Shown here piece by piece: positions 19,664-27,678 of a DNA stretch of 64,000 bases; positions within the stretch are counted from its first letter, which is position 1, and each line of letters begins with the position of its first letter. A program made the translations under genes and the position numbers. The notes beneath the pieces were generated by a model, which was not told where the DNA came from, searched no databases, and was given only the letters and a program-made list of their open reading frames with translations. The stretch is from an uncultured delta proteobacterium (GTDB lineage: Bacteria; Desulfobacterota; BSN033; UBA1163), in the NCBI GenBank assembly GCA_963711845.1, contig CAVQFR010000041.1, forward strand, positions 21,182-85,181, written 5' to 3'.

Positions 19664-19812
19664 CATAACCCCCCTGCGCCCCCTGCCCGCCGGGAGGCAG
19701 GCTCTTGAAAAATCGATTGAGATTTAGAAAAATGTAACGCTTTCTCAACACAGAGTCACGGGGAGCCTAGGACCTCTGAGGTGAAACTGATTATGAACGA
19801 GGGTCGCCTTCG

Positions 19813-20085
19813 ATGAAGATCACCGAAAAGCTGGCCCTCGATGCCTTTAAAAACGACAAAGAAAGCCACATCACCCTTGATCAAAAAATCTGTCACCCCT
19901 GTAAAGAACGATTCTGTATTTATGCCTGTCCGGCAAACCTTTACGCCCTCAGCGAAAAAGGAGAGATGACCGTCGAATTTGCCGGGTGTCTGGAATACGG
20001 CACCTGCATGATTGCCTGCGTCTATGGTTCCGTGAAATGGAAACATCCCAAAAGCGGATTTGGTGTCCAGTATCGGTTTGGATGA
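19813..20085 (+). CDS. fixX: FixX-like ferredoxin
   Basis: 90 aa. The pattern CHPCKERFCIYACPANLY...CLEYGTCMIACVYG is the FixX-type ferredoxin-like protein normally found with EtfAB/FixC. Confidence 0.75.
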   Translation: MKITEKLALDAFKNDKESHITLDQKICHPCKERFCIYACPANLYALSEKGEMTVEFAGCLEYGTCMIACVYGSVKWKHPKSGFGVQYRFG

Positions 20086-20642
20086 TGGAAACCAAATCAA
20101 TCCTCGGCAACGCTCTGGCGCTGATTTGCTATCAACCTGAAGCGAACTCCTTAGCCCGATTGTTTCCATGTTTCCAGACTTTCCTGGGATGTTAAAATCT
20201 GATGGTCACCCCCTTCTTCTTTCAGGACTACCCAATCACCGCCCATAACCACTCTTGCTACTTCATAGATTTTCCCAGTATCGGGCTTAATAAACCTGTC
20301 ACCCTCCTTAGCCCTTTCCACAGTTCCCCACCCCTGCTTTAAAGCCTAAGTCAATAACCATATCTACGATGAAGAGTGTATTAAATTAGGGACGGAGTGT
20401 CAATTAAAGAATGGGAAGGATGGTTTGGGGGTTCGGTAATCGAATAGACCTCTGTTGAAGACCCCAAGCGTTGACACTCTTAATCAAACGGTGTAAATTT
20501 CTTGTTAATACAAACGATTCCCTCATAAAGGAAAACGTTTTTTGAAGAGAGCTCTGTCTTTTGAGGATTCTTAAGTATTGGTAGATAGCCACGGAGGACA
20601 GGACTCCGAAGCGTTATACAGGGAAATAGCATAGAGTAAAAA

Positions 20643-21233
20643 ATGAATATACGAAAGGGTTTTCTTAAATTCACATTGGTATTATCTATTCTTGTTGGAG
20701 TAATCACCCCCATTTGTCATGAGCGTTTTTTTGATAAGAATGAAATCGATGTAAACCTTCCCGAGAATTGGAATCGAATGTCTACACAAGAAAAATTAGA
20801 TAGCCTTGGCGGACTTTTGTCAAAAGACACTCCTTTCTTCCTGCTATCTGAAATCAAACAGTTAAATATCAGAAGGCATTTAAAGAAAATGATTGTTGAC
20901 AAAGAAGACGAAGCATTGAGGGGAGGGTTTAACTATAGTTTTGGTTTTCGTTTTTTTCTTGGATGGGAAGAATTAAGTCTCTTGGGCTTGGCAGGATTTG
21001 CATCCGTCTGGATGCTCTATGTGGCTGTAAGAATGATCATTCTCTTGATTCCATCCGCGCTAATGAACCATTTCCCCTCACCTCCTTTGGGTGGGCGAAT
21101 AGAATCTCTCAATTTCCATATGGGGTATAAACCTGCCTCTCTTCCCAGTGTTAAGATAACTCTCTTCAGTTTCCTTGTTCTTGAAGAAGGGCCCAAAAGG
21201 CCGGGGAAGCCAGGAGCGGTATGGATAGATTGA
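20643..21233 (+). CDS. Hypothetical membrane protein (N-terminal signal/anchor plus an internal TM segment)
   Basis: 196 aa, AT-rich codon usage, no recognisable domain. Confidence 0.4.
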   Translation: MNIRKGFLKFTLVLSILVGVITPICHERFFDKNEIDVNLPENWNRMSTQEKLDSLGGLLSKDTPFFLLSEIKQLNIRRHLKKMIVDKEDEALRGGFNYSFGFRFFLGWEELSLLGLAGFASVWMLYVAVRMIILLIPSALMNHFPSPPLGGRIESLNFHMGYKPASLPSVKITLFSFLVLEEGPKRPGKPGAVWID

Positions 21234-21650
21234 ACGGAGGAGAGATTTGTAACTTATCGCCTGGAGCGACATGAAAGCCGGGTGGGAGATAGAAATGAGT
21301 GATTTTTCGGAGCATGCTTTATGGAACAATGAAATTGCGTTGAGGTCAGTAGAGAATTTTCCAAGTGAAGATTCCTCGTCTTGAAAATTTCATTTTCTTT
21401 CAGAACCAAGTTTCGATTACCCATCCTTGTTCCAAGTAATTCTTAAGTGATTCCCACTCATCCATTGACCGGCTGGGTCGAATTTTTCTCACTGAGGGGA
21501 GTGCACTGGCGGATATGATCCAAGGGAAAGTTTTTCACATTTTTATATAAGGAATTCAGGACTTTTGTGAAAATTCTTTCCACTTTTGGTTTTCGTTAGA
21601 AAAGTTGGAATTTCAGAAAAGATGTGAGTTATCGTGGTTTTACAGCAATT

Positions 21651-21683
21651 GACAAAAATTGGCACTAAAGTTGCTATATTTAC
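21651..21683 (+). promoter_or_regulatory. Putative sigma70-type promoter (TTGACA ... TGCTATATT)
   Basis: ttgacaaaaattggcactaaagttgctatattt lies about 45 bp upstream of the small ORF at 21725. The spacer length is not ideal. Confidence 0.3.
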
Positions 21684-21724
21684 CTTATTGCTTTTATTCT
21701 ATCCTATAAGGACGGACTCCAAAT

Positions 21725-21907
21725 ATGGTAGCCTATGAATTTTACTGGTGCGATGAGATAGGGAAAGAGCATCTTGTTGGGATACTCCCAGAGAGAAGGA
21801 AAAATTCACTGAGAATAACCAAGGAGTCTATCTTGAATTGGGTATGGATGGTGATTGGTGATAACTTAGAAAGCAACAATATCTATTTCGTTCAAGTAGA
21901 ATTGTAG
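21725..21907 (+). CDS. Small hypothetical protein (60 aa) in its own promoter/terminator unit
   Basis: ORF MVAYEFYWCDEIGKEHLVGILPERRKN.... A rho-independent terminator-like hairpin plus T7 run follows at 21984-22013. Confidence 0.35.
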   Translation: MVAYEFYWCDEIGKEHLVGILPERRKNSLRITKESILNWVWMVIGDNLESNNIYFVQVEL

Positions 21908-21983
21908 GCAGAAATTATTTGAATCACGGAGCACCTCAAAAGTGAAGTAATATTCGAAGTAATATTCAATAATCAAATGCGGA

Positions 21984-22013
21984 AGCAGGGTCGGAGATGA
22001 CTCTGCTTTTTTT
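21984..22013 (+). terminator. Rho-independent terminator-like hairpin followed by a T-run
   Basis: agcagggtcggagatgactctgct then ttttttt. Confidence 0.4.
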
Positions 22014-22282
22014 ATCCCTTTGGGACTAGCAACATTCTTTCTCAAGTTCAATATATCCTCAACTCTCACTTTTCATGGACACATTCTTGCGCTGGTTTTT
22101 CCTTGCTTCACCCGATATTTCTTGTTAAAATCCCACTACAAATCCGAAGATCGGGTGTTTGAATCACCCCTACCGTGTCATGGACTCCATACGGCGCATC
22201 ACCCCGCTGAAGCTATCAAGGTCCATGACGCCGATCAACATGCCATTCGTTTAGCGATAGTGAGTATCGTAAATCAAAGAGG

Positions 22283-22741
22283 ATGGATAAGGAACTTGAT
22301 GAAAGGTATATGAAGATGGCTCTGGAAGAAGCAGAGAAGGGCCGAGGGAAAGGGGAAGTTCCAGTAGGAGCCATTTTATTGAAAGGACATCAGGTGCTGG
22401 CAAAAGATCACAATCGTTGTATCGAGCTCAGCGACCCCACTGCCCATGCAGAAATCCTTGTCCTTCGAAAGGGAGGGGAGATTTTAAGAAATTATCGATT
22501 GAATGGAACAGTGATGTATGTGACAGCAGAACCTTGCCCCATGTGTGTTTCCGCAATGGTTAACGGCAGGATATCGAGATTGGTCTTTGGATCATGTGAG
22601 CCGAAATTTGGGGCAGTGGAATCAAAATTTAGATTACTGAACGATAAGGGCTTGAATCACAAAGTGAAGGTTGATCGAGGTATTCTCGAAAAAGAATGTG
22701 GTGAAATCTTGAAGGCTTTTTTCAGAGAAAGAAGAGAGTAA
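22283..22741 (+). CDS. tadA: tRNA adenosine(34) deaminase
   Basis: CMP/dCMP deaminase zinc motifs HAEILVL and PCPMCVSAM. The size fits TadA. Confidence 0.9.
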   Translation: MDKELDERYMKMALEEAEKGRGKGEVPVGAILLKGHQVLAKDHNRCIELSDPTAHAEILVLRKGGEILRNYRLNGTVMYVTAEPCPMCVSAMVNGRISRLVFGSCEPKFGAVESKFRLLNDKGLNHKVKVDRGILEKECGEILKAFFRERRE

Positions 22742-22872
22742 AACTAAGGTTCTAGGTTAAGGTTGAGGCTGAGGATAAAGAAAAAATTGGGTTAAGGATA
22801 AGGTTAAGGAGAAAAGGAAAAAGGTTTGAGCTAAGGGTGAAAGTCTAAAGTATTTTGCTGAAAGGAAAATCC

Positions 22873-22962
22873 AGGAGAGGTTGCCGAGTTGGCTTAAGGC
22901 GCCGCTCTCGAAAAGCGGTTCTCCCGAAAGGAGACGTGGGTTCGAATCCCACCCTCTCCGCC
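22873..22962 (+). tRNA. tRNA-Ser (anticodon CGA)
   Basis: 7 bp acceptor stem GGAGAGG/CCTCTCC, anticodon loop cuCGAaa, long variable arm, T-loop GGTTCGAATCC, encoded CCA. Confidence 0.85.
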
Positions 22963-23095
22963 ATCCTACGCCGAGGCTCTGTCTGGCAGGCCAGTTAAAG
23001 AAATATTCAATGGGATGAGAACCTTCCCCGACGTGAGGAGGGGAATTGGTTCGGCGACCCGAAGGGGAGGCGGAAGGAGCGAAGCGGATGAGCAC

Positions 23096-23113
23096 ATCCC
23101 ACCCTCTCCGCCA
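23096..23113 (+). repeat. Duplicated 3' end of tRNA-Ser(CGA) (ATCCCACCCTCTCCGCCA)
   Basis: Exact 18 nt copy of 22945-22962, located about 135 bp downstream of the intact tRNA and directly preceding the conserved 3' flank. Confidence 0.7.
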
Positions 23114-23304
23114 GAAAATTTGCAGAGCAAATTTTACTTAAAACTCATAACTCTTAACGTTAGACCACCAAGCCAAGAGTCAAAGGTTTATCGTTAAAAG
23201 TATCTCGCCTAGGGCGAGATCTACGAGGGCCCACACCTTGTAAATTAAAGTGTAAAAAGTTAAAAGTAGATCTCGTCAAAAGTATTTCGCCTAAGCGAAA
23301 TCGT

Positions 23305-23397
23305 GGAGAGATGCCCGAGAGGCCGAAGGGGCACGATTGGAAATCGTGTATTCCGCTAATAACGGGATCGAGGGTTCGACTCCCTCTCTCTCCGCCA
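23305..23397 (+). tRNA. tRNA-Ser (anticodon GGA)
   Basis: Acceptor stem GGAGAGA/TCTCTCC, anticodon loop TTGGAAA, long variable arm, T-arm GAGGGTTCGACTCCCTC, encoded CCA. Confidence 0.85.
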
Positions 23398-23536
23398 TCC
23401 TGCGCTAAAGCTTCGGATGGCAAGCCAGAAAATTTGCAGAGCAAATTTTACTCACAACGAGTAACTCTTGACAATTAACCCAGAGCGCAAAATGTTAAAG
23501 GTTAAATGTTAAGAGTATTTGACCTTTGGTCAAATC

Positions 23537-23649
23537 TTGTTGATAGTCGGGTCCTGCGCAACAAAAGATTACAAACCCCGTCAGGTCCGGAAGGAAGCAG
23601 CGGTAGTGATCCCCTTTGTGTGCCGCAGGGGAGCCTGGCTATCAACAAG
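23537..23649 (+). ncRNA. ffs: Signal recognition particle RNA (small 4.5S-type)
   Basis: Contains the conserved domain IV motif GTCAGGTCCGGAAGGAAGCAGC. The terminal helix pairs TTGTTGATAG with CTATCAACAA. Its position upstream of dnaX is conserved in many bacteria. Confidence 0.8.
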
Positions 23650-23717
23650 TTATATACGGAACGAGAGCTGACGGGCGTCGGCTGACAGTTGACCGCTGAT
23701 AGCCTATATTTCATAAC

Positions 23718-25475
23718 TTGTATCCCATGGCAAAAGAAGACACATCCTATTTAGTGCTGGCAAGAAAGTGGAGACCCCAGCTTTTTGAAGAGGTCATTGG
23801 GCAGCGGCATATCACCCAAACGTTACAGAATGCCATTTCACAAAAAAGGGTGGCTCACGCCTTTTTATTTACCGGAGCAAGAGGAGTGGGCAAGACCTCT
23901 TCGGCTCGCATTTTAGCAAAAGCTCTAAACTGCGAAAAAGGTCTTCGAACGAATCCCTGTAATGAATGTAAAAACTGTCAAGAGGTTACCCGCGGAACTT
24001 CGATGGATGTGATTGAGATCGATGGAGCCTCCAACCGCGGGATCGATGAGATTCGGGAGTTGAGGGAGAATGTCCGTTATACTCCTGCCAAGAGTCGGTA
24101 TAAGGTTTACATTATCGATGAAGTTCACATGCTGACCAAAGAGGCTTTCAATGCCTTGTTGAAGACCCTGGAAGAACCTCCTCCCCACATCATCTTTATC
24201 TTTGCCACCACCGAACCCCATAAAATTCCGGCTACAATCCTTTCGCGATGCCAGCGGTACGATTTTAAGAGAATTCCGTTTAAGGAGGTCATCGGGAGCC
24301 TGAAACGGATCGTGGAAGAAGAAGAAATCCAAATCAGTCAGAGAGGACTTCTTTCGATTGCTCAAGAATCAGAGGGGAGCCTGAGGGATGCTCAAAGTCT
24401 CCTCGATCAGGTGATCGCTTATGCCGGGAAAAATATTCATGATGAAGATATTGCCGAAGTCCTTGGACTCATCGATCGTAAAATGCTGAGCGATACCATC
24501 GAAGCGATAGCCGACAGGGATGTTGAACGTTGTATGGAGGTCATCGAGCACGTCTATCACTTTGGATACGATCTCCAGCACTTCTGCCGAGAGCTTCTTC
24601 AATATCTTCGCAATTTGATCCTCATCAAAGTCAGCCAACATCCAGAAGGGTTAGTGGAATTGCCGGAAGAGGAATTAATGCTACTTAAGAAACAGGCAGA
24701 GAAATTCAAATTCGATCAATTGAATCACCTCTTCACGCTTCTTTTGAAAGGAGAACAAGAAACAGCGCAGTCCACTTTTCCTCGGACCATGCTGGAGGTG
24801 ACATTGATTCGAATGGCTACTCTACGCCCCATCCTTCCCATCGATGAGATGATGAAGAAGTTGGAGGCTATGGAAAGCAGGGGACTGACCGAAGGAGAGA
24901 AGGAGAGAAAAATATCTTCTGTTTCAGGAAGAGGGATCCATTCAGAGGATCCGGGGAGAGATAAAGAAAAGGGAGAAGAACCACCCAAGAAACGGGAGCA
25001 AACCAGCGAGGAAAAGGTTTTTGAAAAAAGTGAGAATTTAGAGGATTTAAGAAAAGAGGAGGAGTCTCGTGACGTTCTTCCGCATCATTGGGAAGAGGCA
25101 TGGAAAGGCCTGGTCGAGTTTACGCGGGCAAGGAATCCTATTTTGGGAGCGTTCTTAGCCTTGGGGAATCTTGTTCATCTCAGTGACGAAAAGATTGAGA
25201 TTGGGTTTGAAAAAGATTCGTTTCACTATGATAGAATGCTGGAGAAGGAGAATCGGAGCCAATTGGAATCCATCTGCCTTGAATATTTCCAAAAGAAGGC
25301 AAGGGTGGTGATCTCACCGTTGAACCAGGGGATAGGAACGAAAGGACGGGGGATGTTCAGCGAAGGAAAGGCAACCCCCAAGGAGGGGGATAGACGGTTG
25401 GGTAATCGAGGAGAAGAGAACCCTCTTATTCAAGAGGCACTCCGTCTTTTTGACGGAAAGATTGTAGAAAGGTAA
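23718..25475 (+). CDS. dnaX: DNA polymerase III subunit gamma/tau
   Basis: Walker A GARGVGKTS, clamp-loader motifs including DEVHML and SRCQ, plus a tau C-terminal extension. Confidence 0.95.
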   Translation: MYPMAKEDTSYLVLARKWRPQLFEEVIGQRHITQTLQNAISQKRVAHAFLFTGARGVGKTSSARILAKALNCEKGLRTNPCNECKNCQEVTRGTSMDVIEIDGASNRGIDEIRELRENVRYTPAKSRYKVYIIDEVHMLTKEAFNALLKTLEEPPPHIIFIFATTEPHKIPATILSRCQRYDFKRIPFKEVIGSLKRIVEEEEIQISQRGLLSIAQESEGSLRDAQSLLDQVIAYAGKNIHDEDIAEVLGLIDRKMLSDTIEAIADRDVERCMEVIEHVYHFGYDLQHFCRELLQYLRNLILIKVSQHPEGLVELPEEELMLLKKQAEKFKFDQLNHLFTLLLKGEQETAQSTFPRTMLEVTLIRMATLRPILPIDEMMKKLEAMESRGLTEGEKERKISSVSGRGIHSEDPGRDKEKGEEPPKKREQTSEEKVFEKSENLEDLRKEEESRDVLPHHWEEAWKGLVEFTRARNPILGAFLALGNLVHLSDEKIEIGFEKDSFHYDRMLEKENRSQLESICLEYFQKKARVVISPLNQGIGTKGRGMFSEGKATPKEGDRRLGNRGEENPLIQEALRLFDGKIVER

Positions 25476-25551
25476 CCCCCCTTAGAAATTCCAGTCGTTG
25501 CGACTCGAAACCGAGCGGGGCATTATTTCTAACGGGGTAAAGGAGAAGCGT

Positions 25552-25866
25552 ATGACAAAAGGCTTTGGAAACATATTGAAACAGGCTCAGCAGATGCACG
25601 CTAAGATCGCCCAGCTCCAGGAGGAGATGGCAGGGAAAACGGTGGAGGCGAGTTCCGGCGGGGGCATGGTGAACATCGTGATGAATGGAAAGCAGGAGGT
25701 TCTGAACATCCGGATCGACCCGGAAGTGGTCAATCGAGAGGACGTTGATATGTTGCAAGATCTGATTGTAGCCGCTGTGAATGAGGCCATCCGGAAATCC
25801 CAGGAGATGATGACCGAAGAGATGAAAAAGGTCACCGGGGGGCTCAATATCCCGGGGTTGTTCTAA
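25552..25866 (+). CDS. ybaB: Nucleoid-associated protein YbaB/EbfC
   Basis: MTKGFGNILKQAQQMHAKIAQLQEEMA... is the YbaB family sequence. Start at 25552 after AAGGAGAAG. Canonical dnaX-ybaB-recR synteny. Confidence 0.9.
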   Translation: MTKGFGNILKQAQQMHAKIAQLQEEMAGKTVEASSGGGMVNIVMNGKQEVLNIRIDPEVVNREDVDMLQDLIVAAVNEAIRKSQEMMTEEMKKVTGGLNIPGLF

Positions 25867-26016
25867 AGAGATCATTGTAAATTGCAAAATTACCAGTGCA
25901 AAATGCAAAATGCAGAACCCAATTGCACACGATAGAATGGAACGAAGAACGAGGATCTTTTCAACTATTTTGCATTGCTAACTTTGCAATTTCCATTTTG
26001 CATTGAGGTCTTGCCA
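25867..26016. repeat. Array of TGCAAAAT / ATTTTGCA octamers forming a long imperfect inverted repeat between ybaB and recR
   Basis: Left arm has about three TGCAAAAT copies (25880-25915). Right arm has about three ATTTTGCA copies (25960-26010). Confidence 0.5.
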
Positions 26017-26616
26017 ATGGCTGCTTATGCCAAGCCCATTGATCACCTGATAGAAGCCCTGACAAGACTCCCAGGGATAGGGAAAAAGACGGCGTCCAGA
26101 CTGGCCTTCCATATCTTGCGGAGCAGTCCATCCGAGGTTCAGGAGCTGGCGAGAGCGATTTTGGACGTAAAAGAAAAGATCCGGCTTTGCTCTATCTGCT
26201 TCAACCTGACGGATGAAAATCCGTGTCGAATATGTCAAGATGAACGCCGAGCGGGCGAGACCCTTTGTGTGGTCGAAGGGCCGAATGACCTGATCGCCAT
26301 CGAGAACACGGGCGTTTTTAACGGAAGATACCATGTGTTGCACGGGACGATTTCTCCCTTGGAAGGTGTTGGACCAGACCACCTGAAAATGAAGGAACTG
26401 CTGGAAAGACTCCAAAAGGAAAAGATCTCTGAAGTGATTCTGGCCAACAATCCCACGGTCGAAGGGGGAGCGACTGCCCTTTATCTTATTGATCTGATAA
26501 AACCTCTGGGCATAAAAGTAACAAGAATCGCCTACGGAATTCCTATGGGAAGTGAAATTGAATACTCAGACGGGATGACTTTATCGAAAGCCCTTGAGGG
26601 TCGCCGAGAGACTTAG
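26017..26616 (+). CDS. recR: Recombination protein RecR
   Basis: HhH motif (LPGIGKKTASRLAFHIL), C4 zinc finger (CSICFNLTDENPCRIC), Toprim domain. Confidence 0.9.
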   Translation: MAAYAKPIDHLIEALTRLPGIGKKTASRLAFHILRSSPSEVQELARAILDVKEKIRLCSICFNLTDENPCRICQDERRAGETLCVVEGPNDLIAIENTGVFNGRYHVLHGTISPLEGVGPDHLKMKELLERLQKEKISEVILANNPTVEGGATALYLIDLIKPLGIKVTRIAYGIPMGSEIEYSDGMTLSKALEGRRET

Positions 26617-26723
26617 GAAAAATTCCTTGACAATTTAGGATAGAAGTTTTAACGTTAACGCACGAATTTTGATTCTAGATAAAATGTAGTAGTTTCATGG
26701 TGATATGTTGGAGACAGAATCTC

Positions 26724-26754
26724 TTGATATAATTTATCAAATGTATTATATAAT
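26724..26754 (+). promoter_or_regulatory. Putative sigma70 promoter of the por operon (TTGATA-N17-TATATAAT) overlapped by a TTGATA..TATCAA inverted repeat
   Basis: cttgatataatttatcaaatgtattatataat lies 30-55 bp upstream of the porG start. Confidence 0.45.
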
Positions 26755-26780
26755 CTGCGATTATTACCCGGGAGAAACAG

Positions 26781-27329
26781 ATGATTGAGATTCGATTTCA
26801 CGGAAGAGGTGGCCAAGGGGCTGTCAGTTCGGCGGAACTTTTGGCCTTGGCAGCGATTGAAGAAGGTAAGTTTGCTCAAGCCTTTCCAAGCTTTGGTCCG
26901 GAGCGAAGGGGAGCACCGGTGCTGGCTTTCTGTCGAATTAGCAATGAACCGATTAGGATCAGAGCCAATATCTACGAACCGGATCTCGTGGTCGTCCTTG
27001 ACGCTTCGCTTTTGAAGATCGTTAACGTGGCCGCCGGGTTGAAACCGGATGGTATTCTGGTCACCACAAGCAATGATCTTCCTGAGAAGGTAAAAGAGAG
27101 CCTGAAGATAAGAAACCGAATCGGAGTGGTGGATGCGGTCAAGATTGCCAGGGAGGTTCTCGGACTTCCCATTACGAATACCACCATGCTTGGGTCTTTG
27201 GTAAAGGTTTCGGGATTGGTCAAGAGGGAGTCCTTTATCTCTCCTTTGAAGGAGCGGTTTGGTCGAATTGCCGAAAAGAACATTTCTGCTTTCGAAAGAG
27301 CCTATCAGGAAACCATCCTCATCCAATAA
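26781..27329 (+). CDS. porG: 2-oxoacid:ferredoxin oxidoreductase gamma subunit
   Basis: 182 aa in the POR/VOR/KOR gamma family ([22 protein letters not shown]...). Confidence 0.85.
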
Positions 27330-27378
27330 TTTTTATTCCCCTTTCTTTGGGGGAAAGATCAAAAAGAGGTAGAAAGGT

Positions 27379-27678
27379 ATGACAAAACCTGAGTCAGAAT
27401 GGACATGGAAGGAATTGCCAGTCGGAAATGTTGTCTTAGAGCCCGGGAATGCCAGCCAGTATCGGACAGGAGATTGGAAGACCCTCAAACCTGTTCTGAA
27501 AAAGGAGCTCTGCATCCATTGTGGATTGTGCTATATCTTCTGTCCGGACATGGCCTATAGCCTGAATGAAGAGGGTTATTTCATTGCGGACCTTTTCTAT
27601 TGCAAGGGGTGTGGCATCTGTGCAAAAGAATGTCCCACCGGAGCCATCACCATGGTGCTGGAAGAGGAGGAGAAATAA
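27379..27678 (+). CDS. porD: 2-oxoacid:ferredoxin oxidoreductase delta subunit (2x[4Fe-4S] ferredoxin)
   Basis: 99 aa with two CxxCxxCxxxCP motifs. Confidence 0.85.
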   Translation: MTKPESEWTWKELPVGNVVLEPGNASQYRTGDWKTLKPVLKKELCIHCGLCYIFCPDMAYSLNEEGYFIADLFYCKGCGICAKECPTGAITMVLEEEEK

